From assembly GCA_946965045.2 (NCBI GenBank), contig OX337242.1, positions 1,178,001 to 1,242,000 of the forward strand: 64,000 nucleotides of DNA, in the 5' to 3' direction. Both the position numbers and the translations under genes were made by a program. A model generated the notes under the pieces. It searched no databases and had not been told where the DNA came from. It saw nothing but the letters and a program-made list of their open reading frames with translations. Shown piece by piece: positions 31,298-43,330 of the stretch (position 1 is the first letter of the stretch; each line of letters begins with the position of its first letter). Source of the DNA: Epithemia pelagica. Lineage: Eukaryota; Protista; Bacillariophyta.

Positions 31298-32728
31298 TCA
31301 AGGTTCGAGTGCTTGACGACGCCGGGAGGAGGAGCGGGTGGTTGTCGTGGAAGAAGATTCTGCTCGAGACTCTTCTTCTGGAATCGGAGTCGTCGCTGTT
31401 GGTACGGCCAGAAATCCCGGTTGCATGGCAAAATAGGACAAACTGGCATCATACTGTTGCGGTGGTGGACTGGTTCCTCCAACGGCGTAATCCGTATCAT
31501 CGTCTTGAGACAATTCCTCACTACGCTTTTCATCTTCGTCGTTCACTTTGGCATGATTGTTGTTGTTGTTGTTGTGGAAACTCTCGGCACTTTCTCGAAC
31601 GGGTTGTTTGTTGGGTGCCAAGATACGCCAGACACTGAGCTGGGTCAGAAAGTGACCGGCAAACTCTTGCGCGCGCATGGATTTTTCGCACCGCTCAATT
31701 TCCTTGTGTAACATGTTGACATGAGCTGACAAGAGGGCATGATCCACACGATAAGCACGCAGTTCCATTTCGTCGCCGCTCGTTGTTGTCGTCCTTTTTT
31801 CTTGGTCGTTTTCTTTTTTTTCCTTGGTTTCGTTTCCATTCCATGTTCCATGTTCGGCCAAATACAGAGCTCGATCACTGGGTCGCATAGCCGTGGGATG
31901 ATGACGCGCGGGAGAATGAGGGATGGTCTTGTCACTTGGTTCGTCGCTGCTGTTCACCGTTGTTTGAAGAATACTATTGAACGTACTGTGACTGAGTATG
32001 GAATTCTTGTCATCTTCGTCGTCATCCTCGGCGTTTGTTCCATTCTTTTTGCTACCTTGACGACGATTTTTGTTTCGAGTCTGCTGATCCAGCTGTCGCA
32101 TAAAATGAAACCAGGGAAAGGTTTCGTCCCGTAGGGCATGGGACGTGGAGACATCTTGAACACGTTGCGTTAATTCATCATGCAATTCTTGTTGTTCTTG
32201 TGCAGCCGATTGCTTTTTGGCATTGTACACGTACTGGAGTGATTCGGTACTATTTCGAATAAAGGACAATTGCTTCCACAATTCTCCTTCGACGCTATCC
32301 TTCTTTTCTTGCAAGACACGAATGTCAGCTTGCAATTGTTCAATGCGGCGTTCTCGACGTCCCTTGGGCAAGAGACTCTTGCCATCCAACCCTTCGGTTT
32401 CTCCCTTGGACTGGACAAATTGCGCCCACCGTCGTTCAAATTCTTGTACCATGTCAATATCGGATTGATTCAACGTCAGGCCCAAATAATCATACCGAGG
32501 AGGAGACAACGAATCATGAGCTTGTTGTTGTTCCATTTCGTTTTCTTTTGTCTCTTCTTCCACTAGGGTATCGGCATGGTTGTCATCCTTGTTTTCACCA
32601 TGCATATCATCTAGAAACCGATTTGGAAGGGCATGGTCCTTGGAATTGGTAGGTGACAGTGGTGCCACTTGGAGACGTGCCAAACTCATCATTCCACGGG
32701 CGGTCAATTCGGGCGTTGCCGTTTTCAT
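31298..32728 (-). CDS. Hypothetical coiled-coil protein
   Basis: ATG 32728 in a 497-codon ORF with heptad-rich segments. It shares a motif with 43331..45703. Confidence 0.7.
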   Translation of the reverse strand: MKTATPELTARGMMSLARLQVAPLSPTNSKDHALPNRFLDDMHGENKDDNHADTLVEEETKENEMEQQQAHDSLSPPRYDYLGLTLNQSDIDMVQEFERRWAQFVQSKGETEGLDGKSLLPKGRRERRIEQLQADIRVLQEKKDSVEGELWKQLSFIRNSTESLQYVYNAKKQSAAQEQQELHDELTQRVQDVSTSHALRDETFPWFHFMRQLDQQTRNKNRRQGSKKNGTNAEDDDEDDKNSILSHSTFNSILQTTVNSSDEPSDKTIPHSPARHHPTAMRPSDRALYLAEHGTWNGNETKEKKENDQEKRTTTTSGDEMELRAYRVDHALLSAHVNMLHKEIERCEKSMRAQEFAGHFLTQLSVWRILAPNKQPVRESAESFHNNNNNNHAKVNDEDEKRSEELSQDDDTDYAVGGTSPPPQQYDASLSYFAMQPGFLAVPTATTPIPEEESRAESSSTTTTRSSSRRRQALEP

Positions 32729-33467
32729 GGTATTCTGTAGTTGTATGTTGTCTGCCACTCTGCTGGAACAAAACACGTAGAAAGAAGGCAATCACAGGGA
32801 CAAATGAATATCCCAATCTAGAGAGGGCTGAAGGAGATTGTTATTGCTTGTGTATTGGTAATGCCTGGGTTTGGTCAACACAAGAGGTGGCGTTTTCTGC
32901 GATACCCGCATCCGTCTCTCATGTTTGTGAGAGCGAAAACTGGCGAGAGAGGTCGGTCGGTGTTGGGGTGGGGAGGGCGTGTCTCCGAAACTGGTTGGGC
33001 GTTGGACAGGCGTGCCGGAGAATGTATCAGACAGACTGTACGACTCGGATAGTATTCAATATCGGAGAGTGACTGTCTCGACTCGAACCAAACGCCCGAA
33101 GGCTGGAGAACATACGCACCCCAAGTTTGCAACACGTTGGAGGCGCGAGAGAGTTGAGGAAAAAGACATGGCGTTGACAGATGGAGTTGTGCCTTCCGCG
33201 AACCACACGTGGGGGTTGAAACCATCTTGGAAAGAACAAACAGGGTCCTTCTGGCTTTGGACTTCAACCACAGCAAACGGAAGAGGGTGACGAAAGGTGA
33301 CGGTGAAAAGGTCACTTGCCTCATTCCTCCTCTCGAGACTTGCTTCCAAATCTTGTCTTCTTCATCTTCGCCAATATTTTTACTTTTGGTCCAAAGACCC
33401 ACCCCATCTCGTCCCTGTAATACCAGAAGTGTCTTTTGACAGAGAAAGCCCACGAAGAAGACACACC

Positions 33468-35757
33468 ATGAAGAAGAGAAGTAATAACTCGGTCGTCGCC
33501 GTGTGGTGGTTGGGTTGTTTGACAACGACCACTACGCATGGATTTGTTCTTCCCAAAACTGCCTACACCAGTGTTGGCCAGCAGCATCCAACCTTTACAT
33601 CGGCCCATCAGAAGACGACTTCGACTGCCTTGTTTGGAGAAAATGGCCTCTTGATGATGAAGAAGGGATTGAAATGGATTTTGGTTCCCAACGCCAAGCA
33701 ACCAGTCATCAAGGAACCAGTCGTCGTGTCGTCGTCGTCGTCGAGTGCTGCTGCTTCTGCCACAACGGTGGTGGATCCCACCGCAGCCGTGGTGACGGCG
33801 GCACCTCCAGCAGTACCTGTGGAGACATTGGCCGATGCCAAGTCTGCTTTGGAGGCCGACGCCGTCTTGCAAATTCTCCCCCAGACCGAAGGTACGCTGG
33901 ATACCCCTACTGCTGCTGCTTCAACCAGTACAGCATCTTTGGATTGGGACCAATTGGTGCAATCGGTCCGAGACAACCATTGGTCACGCATGCCGAATGT
34001 GGTGGCGGAAACTGCGCCTCCCTCGGATATCAAGGCTCCTCTCTTGAACGAGATCCTCAAGGAAAACGGTGTTTCGTACAGCCAAGGCACGGGACAGTTG
34101 TTGAAGGAAGGTGGTTCCAATTTCCGACAGGTGGCACAAGATATGGTGACTGCTACGGGCGTGGCCTTGAAAGAAAGCAGCGTAGCCTTGAAAGAAAGCG
34201 CGCAAGTCGGATCCGAGATTTTGCGAGAGGCTGCCGGAACCTCGCAAACCTTGATGAAGGAAGGTGGAGCTCAATATTCTCAACTGGTCAAGACCTCTAT
34301 CGGTCAGGTCAACGATGTCGTCCAGCAGCTGCCTCAGTCGGCAGCAACCGTTGTGCGCATCGATCCTGCTCTCTATCAAGCCATTCAAGAAAAGGTGCAA
34401 CAGGCTCCGTCCCAGTCTCTCAATATCGACGAAATCAAGGAACTCCTTGCCCTGGATAAGGTCCAAATTGACACGGCCTCTCTCGCGGCAGCCGCCAATT
34501 GGAATGAGTTTGCGGCCAGTTTGGCGGCCGTCAAGGACACTTTGAGTGAAGGAGGCATTACCTGGAATGATATTGTCAACGCCATGAACTTGAAAGACAC
34601 GGGCGCTTGGTACTTTGCATCGGCCTTTCTGCTCATCCTCTTTACCCTTTCCCTGGGTGCCAATGGAGGCAGCACCACGACCGAGAAGATTATCCTCACA
34701 GAGGCAGCCATGCCCGCAGCAGAGCCTTCCACCAGTGCCATTACTGCAGTCGTGACGGAAGAAGTGACCAAATTAAAAGATGCGACCAACGCCATGTACG
34801 CCCAGTTGAATGAAATGAAACAAGACAAGAGCACTCGTGCCTACGAAGTGGCCACGCTCAAGTCGGAATTGCGCACTGTCACGAACCGTTTGGATGCCAA
34901 CATTGCCGAAGAAAAGCAATTGAGGTTAGAATTGGAAGCGACGCAGGCACAATTGGACCGCGAAACCAAGTCTCTCCATGAGCAATTGGACGAACGTGTC
35001 CTAGCAGAAGAACAATTGCGAACACAATTGGCGGCGACGGAAAAGAAATTGGTCAAGGAAGTCGAAAAGGTGAAAAAGGCCAAAGCAAAGGCGGAATCCG
35101 ATGTCAAGGCTGCGGAATTGCAAGTGCAACAATTGGAAGAAGAAAAGGAGCAAATGCAAGAAGAACTGGCGACCATGCGAACCGAGTTGGAATCTCTCAA
35201 GGATCGTTTGGCCAAGTCCGAGGCCCAAAACGCCAAGGCATCCAAAGCGGTCAATGGAAGTGCCAGCAGCAGAGGTACCACGACACGAGGAGCTCGTGCC
35301 AATGGTGCCCCTCGATCGACCTTGCCGAGCACAGCCTACGATGACCTTTCCCAAGCATTTTTCATGAGCATTGCGGAACCGGCCCAACCCGTCTCGCAAC
35401 CACCACCGAGGACTGCCAAGCCAGTGGCCAAAGCGGAAGCCTCGCCCACGAAACGGGCCGTTCGAAAGGTGCTGGTGAAAAAAGTGGTGGCCAAAAAGGT
35501 GGCCACGACCGCCGTCAACTCGGACAGTAATGACTGGAGTCACATGACGCCTTCGGCATTGAAACGAAAGACAGTCAAGGAACTCTCGGCATACTTGGAG
35601 TTGAAAGTAAGTCCATTCATTCTTTACCAACATTTTTCAGGACACCCCTTCTGACGCTGTATTGTGTTTTTGTCTTAAACAGGGTGCACCCACGACGGGA
35701 AGCAACGGGAAAACGCTCAAGAAGGACGAGTTGGTACAAACAGTTCTGAGTTATTAG
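33468..35757 (+). CDS. Probably plastid-targeted coiled-coil protein with C-terminal SAP/HeH/Rho-N-like domain
   Basis: ATG 33468 and a signal peptide ending THG-FVL (ASAFAP-type). One TM segment and a long coiled coil follow. Intron 35607-35682, last exon 35683-35757. C-terminus KRKTVKELSAYLELKG..GK.LKKDELV. Confidence 0.7.
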
Positions 35758-36566
35758 GTTTGTTTCCTGTACATGCATGATGAGGACACATTATTATTAT
35801 GGGATGCGGCCGTCTCCAAGATCTATTTTTATATACAATTTCGGGAACAGACTGCTTTGGATGCTACACAGTTCATCATGGAGATGTTGTACGTACCCTG
35901 TCGGCGACGACAGGAACCGTCAGTGTCTCTGTTTTATTCATATCCACTCTTGACATGGGAGTATAGTTGACACACACAACACACACACACTTGTAACAAT
36001 ATTGATAGTAGGATTACCATCACCATATTCCCACTCCTTGCCAACACACAAAATAGTCTCATGATCCAGGGAAGCAACAACAAGGAATCAAAAGGTTTCG
36101 GAGTATCAGCTAGGTATTCAAAGACAAGAAGAAAGAAACAAGAAACAGTAATAACTATGGGTTACATAAAAAATATTTATCCATTTGAACTCCACAACAT
36201 GCAGTCATTGAGACCACTTACTGTGTAGTCCAATGTAGCTGGCACCTTCACTTCTCTCGATCTCCTTACACATTTACACAAAGACGGTTCACTTGCAAAC
36301 ACAAAGATATAGAACTGAAAACCTATCAATCACTTGAAAAAATCGACTGGAACGGTGTGGCCCGAAACCATGATCCCTTCCTTCCTTGGTGGCATACAAA
36401 AGTTCGACGACCACATCACCACAAACACACAGACACAACACAAAATGGAACCAGACACAAACAGACAGAAAACAGAAACTTGGACAGAGACGTGTAACGC
36501 GGGAATGGGAGCGGCAACACCAAAAATCACTCCGAGAGAAACAATACTCGACAGCTTCCAGGGGGT

Positions 36567-37589
36567 TTAGGGCGCCGACGGATTGGACGTTGTCGTGGTT
36601 GTCATCATTGTCTTGGAAGAAGAAGATGCCGCGGGTCCTCCCATTTTCCACAATCGTTTCAAAATAAAGTAATTGGCCAAGCCGGTCCAGGCCAAGGTGG
36701 CGGCATAGGCGACATAATGAGACACACGGGCGACACCAGCGGTAATGAGATAATTGAATATGGTGGACAAGACAATGCTAATGGAATATCCGGCATACAT
36801 GCGTCCCAGGGATTGCCAATAGGTTGGCACATAATCGCCAAAGACCAAATACCGATGCGACGAATGACGGGCGGCAATGGACACGACAAAACTGGTCATC
36901 CAACAGGCAGCCAAATTGTCGGGAAACAGTGTATTGTGCAAGGTGACATCGACAAGCAATTGAAAGACGTCGCAAATGGCACCCGAAACCATGTACCACA
37001 AATACCGAGGGGGTTGAATGCCCACCACGTAGACACAATCCGCTGCCGCAGCAGTACCAAAGACAACTCGATCCAAACCGCGAATGCAAAACAATTTCTT
37101 GTCGTCATTGTCAAAATCGTCGTCCGTGTCGTCGTCCTGGTGGTCCGGATCGTGTTCGTTACTGGTTCCACTAATGGCTTCATTGGGATTGCCACCACTG
37201 CTGGATCGTTTGTGAGTTGGAGAATGCGAAATGGAGGATCGGGTGGTCCGAGGACGCACGCTTTTCAAAATGCGTTGGACTGTGGGGACCAAGAAGGACG
37301 GAACGGGTTGTCGTTGCAACCAATCGACCCAGGCACGCAATTGCGAGTACTGGTTGCTGGACGACAACGAGGAGGATGGGGATGCTGTTGTTGTTGTCGC
37401 CACGAGACGCGTCGGCGACGACGACGAAAAGATTGGTGGAGCCAATCGACCGCGCGGTGAACCTTCATGATAGGTATTGCTGGGACCTCGCGTTTCCAAC
37501 CCAAATTCCACCGATCCACTGGTATTGGTCCGTTCGCGCAAGCCAAAACTGTTGCTGCTTCCAGCCGTATCCGTTCGTTCACGGCTCAT
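36567..37589 (-). CDS. GtrA-like four-TM protein with low-complexity N-terminus
   Basis: ATG 37589. C-terminal four helices YMVSGAICDVFQL..RHSSHRYLVF..NYFILKRLW fit the GtrA pattern. Confidence 0.65.
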   Translation of the reverse strand: MSRERTDTAGSSNSFGLRERTNTSGSVEFGLETRGPSNTYHEGSPRGRLAPPIFSSSSPTRLVATTTTASPSSSLSSSNQYSQLRAWVDWLQRQPVPSFLVPTVQRILKSVRPRTTRSSISHSPTHKRSSSGGNPNEAISGTSNEHDPDHQDDDTDDDFDNDDKKLFCIRGLDRVVFGTAAAADCVYVVGIQPPRYLWYMVSGAICDVFQLLVDVTLHNTLFPDNLAACWMTSFVVSIAARHSSHRYLVFGDYVPTYWQSLGRMYAGYSISIVLSTIFNYLITAGVARVSHYVAYAATLAWTGLANYFILKRLWKMGGPAASSSSKTMMTTTTTSNPSAP

Positions 37590-38702
37590 TGTGATGGAGA
37601 TGATGACAGGTGTCGCAAGGAAGGATGGATGGTTGGAGTTTTGGACTGTAGTTCAGTTCGTCCAATCCAATCGTTCTCTCAACAGGGAAATCCAAAAGTC
37701 AGTTGATCCGACAATTATCCTTTGGATTTTCCAAGAACAAGAGGATGCGCGATCGATGTTGGACTTGGAGTGAAAACAGTGATGATCACACACCTAAAAA
37801 TCGATCCGTTGGTGTACTGCAGCCGACGCGGAAAAAAGGATGTGCGAGAAAAAAATGAGTGAACCCATGCAAATGGTAGCATGTAGCATTGTTCCTGTCT
37901 ACCCTCTAGCTATGGTTTTGTTGTCGTCGACTTACCCACTCCCAAAGGTATCAATGATGTTGGTCACACACGACGAATTAGGGACCAGCAATGCGGCCTT
38001 TTGCGATATGGATTCGTTCTATTCGTAAAACGAAAGAGTGTTGCAAAGGACAGCGCAGACATTGATAAGTCCGTACCATGGTTTGTTGGGGGAGAGATAC
38101 GGTGTAGATAAAATTGTTACCGGCGGGGCGAATTACTCCATCCAAGGTCCATCCGGGGGACACACAAGATTCAATGACACCCCAGAGTGTGTCAGAGACA
38201 TGAGCAATAATGAGAATTTAAAAGATTACGACTTCAATCGCACAGGATTTTATTGAACACGATCGGTCGCCGAGTAGAGTCTGCGCGTGAGCGTGAAGGA
38301 CACGAGTTCACCCAATCAGAACTATCGAGACATGCCCCCATTCAAGATCCGGTCCCCCCTTTTCAACTTGAGGGGAGAGAGATCTTTAGAATGTGTCAAT
38401 AAACCGAGGAGACAACAAGATCAAGAGGAGGTATATCGAATGTTGCAAGAAAGGGTGACAAGGAAATCATTCTGAGACCAACCAATTGGACTGTTCGAGT
38501 ATTCGTAGAGCGCTCGAGTTTGCTCCTTTTCCGAGTTTTGCGTAATATATATCCCAAAGATTCCTTGTCAGGTTTACCTCAAAGCAACCATTGCCGTGCG
38601 CGTCAATCTCTGGGTTGGTGTTGGGACGACGACGAACGACAACATGCCTTGGTTGGTGCAGTGATCGGTGACAATCCCTTGACTTGTCGTCCGAGTACGA
38701 TC

Positions 38703-40052
38703 ATGCCTCGTGATGTGACATACACCAAAACTGGCAAAAGTTCCATTTATAGACCCGTCTATCTCCAGCCCCCCAACGAGGTCCACGACCGTGACCACAA
38801 CCAAGAAGACCAAGACGACGAGTCGACGATGGACCACCACCACAAGGAGACCCCCCTCACCACGACGACCCCCTAAACAACTCCATGGGTGGAAGCGACG
38901 GTCCTACCCTTTGTGCCACATCCCTGTAAATCGTCGGGTCGTCCTCGGACCCAAACGCATCCCCATGACTACGAGCAAGAGCTCCAACAGGATCCTGCCG
39001 TCCACTCCTTTACTTGTACATCGGTCCATTGTCGAGTGTGCGATTGCATCGTGTCCATGCGACGGCCCTATTATCTCTTTTATTGGAGGCAACACAAGAA
39101 TACTCGTACGCATCAACAACATGAACGACGACAACACCAAGCCGAAACCAGAGTCGGTAAAACCACAGAGGTAAATGGTGGTAAAAACACACAGACAACC
39201 GTGGATACCACCACGAACCAAACAGATTCGGTATTTTGTCGGAAACCACCGACACGGGTATTCCCTGCAACTGTTCATGGCACCCTCACAGACCATGATC
39301 ATTCGGCTGAACCAGAACCGACGCGATACAAGCGAGCTGCTGTCGAGGACAGGTATCAACGACGACACGGCAAACGTGCCAGGATCATGACAACAACAGC
39401 AACAAGAATGCATTGTGCCACACGCTCCCCGTACGAGACGCCAACAGTGTCCGAGGCAAACAACAACGGTGGTAGTACTTGTCGCAGACCTAACCCAGAC
39501 ATACAGTGTGTCGGTTTTCTCCGACGACGACACCAAGAGGGATTGGAGCAACTATTGGAATCATTTGATCGGTATTGGAAACCCCCACGACACGCTTGGT
39601 ATCAGATACAACGACGACAACAACAACCCGAAGGAGGAACAAGAAGCAGCTCCCGAATCCATTGTGTTGCGGTCGGCTGTTCGACGACGACCTGTTCCTT
39701 GTTGTTGGCCACTCGGCATGGTTGGCAATGTTCGGCCTGTCATGCCATTGGTATCCCACAGATTCGACAAGTGCAACGAACCTTGTCGAAACGACATGCC
39801 ATGATTCAAGCCGTTCAGACGATACTGGCACGCCATAACTCCATGGACCAGCAGGCGGACAACCGACTCGCCTGTTCTCGTTTGATTCGGGCCCGACAAC
39901 AACAAGAATTGACACCCGCGGGTCTCGTGTTGGCGGAACAATGTCAAGCCTGGTTGCAGCAAACGGATCCTCCTTTGGACAAACAAGATGCATCGATTCA
40001 ACAACAAGTGTTTGTCCCCAAAATCGTGCCCTCCCCCAACCCACGAACATAG
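38703..40052 (+). pseudogene. Zn-finger-like protein with one in-frame TAA near the N-terminus (or a gene lacking an early ATG)
   Basis: ATG 38703 is in frame with ORF 38889..40052, separated only by TAA 38874-38876. It has CRVC..WRQHKNTRTH (C2H2/U1-like) and a second Cys cluster CVAVGC..CSAC. Confidence 0.5.
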
Positions 40053-40636
40053 CGGCAACGTGACTGCCGAATCGTTTGGAGTCATTATTTCGGCATGCTC
40101 CGTGTTGGCTCTATGGTACTCTACCTAGTAGAACTAGATGCATTGCGATCAGACCTGTCCAGGATCGGACGACCAGGTCAATCCCTATTCCACACGGTTT
40201 TTTTGAAACCATGGCGATTGTGAATGACTGAGGCATTCGGAGACATTCATTTCCAACATGGCGTCGTTCTCATTGTTCGCCAACTAACTGGGAATCGCAA
40301 AGATGGTTGTTTAATCACCTTTCCAACCTCCAACGGTGCTGCTAGCGAGAAATAAAAATGGCAATAGGTAGTAGGTAGCCTGTAGTGACGTCTCATTGGT
40401 GACTCAACTTCAAAACACGACTGAGGTCATTGGGCATGCTCACTTCTCATTTTTGTCAAGATTTCCACATATCGACGCAGATCGAAGGCAGTGGAAAGTG
40501 GAAGGCACGCGGCATTGTTTGTGGATCACCAACAACCTATCAAAAGTCGTCCATAATAGTTGCCCCTCAACGCAATCTCTCTGTTTTGCGTGTTACAAAG
40601 GCAGACCATTTCGAGAGTTTATTCACTTTCAGTATC

Positions 40637-42358
40637 ATGGTGGAGTTGTTGGTCAAATGGGGCAAGGAGTCCTACCAATTCTCGTACGATCCAGCGGGTG
40701 GATACAGCCAGTTGACGTCCACCTTGGAAGAAAAGACCAATGTTCCTGTGGATCGAATGAAACTCATGGCCAAGTCCAAAGGCTTGTGGAAGGGTGTCTT
40801 GAAACCAGATACCGTGGTGGATTGGGACAAGGCGGCAGCCGCCACGAATGGAGCTCCCCTGAATGTCTTGCTCATGGGAAGTGCGGCCAAATTGACGGGT
40901 CCGACCAAAAAGACGGTATTCTTGGAAGATTTGCCCCCCGAAGAAGTGGCCAAAGTAGCGGAACCGGCTGGATTGAACAATTTGGGCAATACTTGTTACT
41001 TGAATTCCGTGGTTCAATGTTTGCGCGCTATTCCGTCCCTCCGCAATGGCATGGCGACAGTGTCTTCGGAATCGGCGCCCAGTGCCAACAGTAACAGCAG
41101 CAATGCCAATCCAGCCCATCGTATCTTGATTCAGGCCCTTCAACGAACCCTCGAACAATTGGATCGTCAAACCGATGCCGTGTCACCCTTTCCCCTCGTG
41201 CAAGCCACCAAATTGTCCTTTCCGCAATTTGCCGGCACCGGTCCTCATGGACAACCCCAGCAACAAGATGCCGAAGAATTTTATTCTGCCATTCTCAATG
41301 TCGTGTCGCAAGAAACAACTGGATCCTCCAAATTGCAAGCGGCCTTGCCGAATACACCGGAACAAGATTTTCTCGGTGCGACCAATGTCGTGGATGCCCT
41401 ATTTGGTTTGAAACTCAAAGAAACCTTGGTGTGTGATGAAGTACCGGATGGAAAAGAACCACCCACGGTTTCCTACGATTTACATCGCAAATTGGTTTGC
41501 AACATTCAGGGAGGGGGAGCAGCCGCCGGATCGACGACCAATGTCACACACATTGCCGAAGGCATTATGCTGGCCTTGCAAGAAGGTCACATTGAAAAGC
41601 ATTCCACTGTTTTGGATCGCAATGCGTCCTGGACGAGAACGCAACGAGTCGCCCGCTTGCCACCCATTGTAACGGTCCAATTTGGACGCTTTTATTGGAA
41701 GGCCACACCCGATTCGGAGGACCATGCTGGAGTCAAGTGCAAAATTATGAAACCTGTCACCTTTCAATCGACTCTGGACATGTACGAATTTTGCACCGAA
41801 GACGTACAAAAAGTCTTGGGCAAGGCGCGTCGAGCCGCCTTGTTGGCCGAAGAAGATCGAGTGACCAAAAAGTTAAAAGGAATGGAAGAGGAAAACAACA
41901 AGGCCACTGCGGAAAAGTCGTCGGAACCCATGGAAACCGAAAAGATTGCCAATGGCAACGTTGAAGGTGACGACGAAGAAGATGCAGCGTTGAAAGCGGC
42001 CTTGGCCATGTCCATGGATACCGACACTCCTACCACGCAAGCAACGACTGCCGTGGAGGAAGCCGATCCTCCGATTGGTCCTGGATTGCCCAAGGACTTT
42101 CAAGGCATTTACGACTTGTTTGCCGTGGTAACTCACAAGGGTAGAGATGCCGATGGAGGTCATTACATGGCCTGGGTCAAGGCCGCACATCAACCGGAAA
42201 AGTTGACCAAGATTGGCGATACCAACCAAGACAATGAAGAATGGTTTGTCTACGACGACGATGAGGTATCACCCTGCAAAACAGAAGATATTCTCAAGCT
42301 CAAGGGAGGGGGTGATTGGCACATGTCCTATCTAAACTTTTACCGCGCCAAGAAGTAA
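40637..42358 (+). CDS. USP14: Ubiquitin C-terminal hydrolase 14 / Ubp6
   Basis: N-terminal UBL (VKWGKE..LLMGS), Cys box GLNNLGNTCYLNS, QQQDAEE, and His box THKGRDADGGHY..YDDD..GGGDWH. Confidence 0.95.
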   Translation: MVELLVKWGKESYQFSYDPAGGYSQLTSTLEEKTNVPVDRMKLMAKSKGLWKGVLKPDTVVDWDKAAAATNGAPLNVLLMGSAAKLTGPTKKTVFLEDLPPEEVAKVAEPAGLNNLGNTCYLNSVVQCLRAIPSLRNGMATVSSESAPSANSNSSNANPAHRILIQALQRTLEQLDRQTDAVSPFPLVQATKLSFPQFAGTGPHGQPQQQDAEEFYSAILNVVSQETTGSSKLQAALPNTPEQDFLGATNVVDALFGLKLKETLVCDEVPDGKEPPTVSYDLHRKLVCNIQGGGAAAGSTTNVTHIAEGIMLALQEGHIEKHSTVLDRNASWTRTQRVARLPPIVTVQFGRFYWKATPDSEDHAGVKCKIMKPVTFQSTLDMYEFCTEDVQKVLGKARRAALLAEEDRVTKKLKGMEEENNKATAEKSSEPMETEKIANGNVEGDDEEDAALKAALAMSMDTDTPTTQATTAVEEADPPIGPGLPKDFQGIYDLFAVVTHKGRDADGGHYMAWVKAAHQPEKLTKIGDTNQDNEEWFVYDDDEVSPCKTEDILKLKGGGDWHMSYLNFYRAKK

Positions 42359-42553
42359 TGATAAAAGGTACCATTGTAATGGTAACAAACATCTATCGCA
42401 AACTTTTGTACTCCTAGGCCTTCCTCCACTTCACCTCTAGCAAAAGCTACCAGCTCTTGGAACGGGACAGAAGGAGGTAGCTCTGGAGCGCTACGTTGTA
42501 CTCCTACTCCGCTCGTTCAACGGCAAACGAAAAACATAACCAACCAAAGCACC

Positions 42554-42977
42554 ATGAAGAGCAAATTCACCGGAGGAGCACTGTCGTTCAAGGGCGACAA
42601 AACAAAAGCCAAAAAGAAGAAATCCAAATCCAAGCACAAAAGCGACACAACGACGACGGAGCAACAAGTTCCAGCGGACAGCAACAACAAACAAGTGATC
42701 GCCGATGACAAGACGGAAGCCGAACGAAAAGCAATGGCACGAAAAAAGGAGCGAGAGACCAAGGATCTCGAAAAGATGGCCCAGAAATCGCATCGTGCAA
42801 CGATTGAAGAATTCAATGAGAAACTGGGACAACTTACGGAACACAATGATATTCCAAGAGTACGTTGCATCAATCGTATCCGTTCCATCCCTCGGTCGAA
42901 TTTGCCTCATCATACACCACTGCACTTTGTCATTTTTATCGTCAAATCTACAGGTAAGCGCGGCCGGCAATGGTTGA
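42554..42977 (+). CDS. FAM32A: FAM32A-like small basic nuclear protein
   Basis: Exon 42554-42859, intron 42860-42953, exon 42954-42977. Motifs GALSFKG, KTEAE and KSHRATIEEFNEKLGQLTEHNDIPRV. Confidence 0.8.
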
Positions 42978-43330
42978 TGGAGCAGAAGAGAGAAGACATC
43001 CAGTTTCGTTGGCGGAGGGGAAGCTTCCCTCCGACCCCCGACGTTGGTTACTACCCAGCACCGAACACCCTGGCGTTTGTCTTTCGCTGCAGTAGCTGTA
43101 TCATGAATTTATAGCGTCGCTGATTTTTGTTTCACGGAGCTCGCTGGGTTGTCGTCTTCGTGTTTGGCGAGTTCGCATCGGCCTGGTCTTGAGATTTGCA
43201 AAAAATGAGCGAGGCATCAGAGCCTTAGCAGACTGCAAAAAGAATCAACAAAACACTGGAACTGCCTGATCCGTAGAGGACAATAATCTGTTTCGCGTAG
43301 ACCGTCTCGTGTCAGGTATCATCATCGAGA

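Noticed and set aside
37840-38475. Three collinear short ORFs in one frame as another pseudogene
   Set aside because: The translation is not convincingly protein-like, and a competing frame is similarly open, so it cannot be supported.
38703-40052. Fanzor/TnpB or another RNA-guided nuclease, suggested by the Cys clusters
   Set aside because: No RuvC D-E-D motifs and no flanking transposon ends were found.
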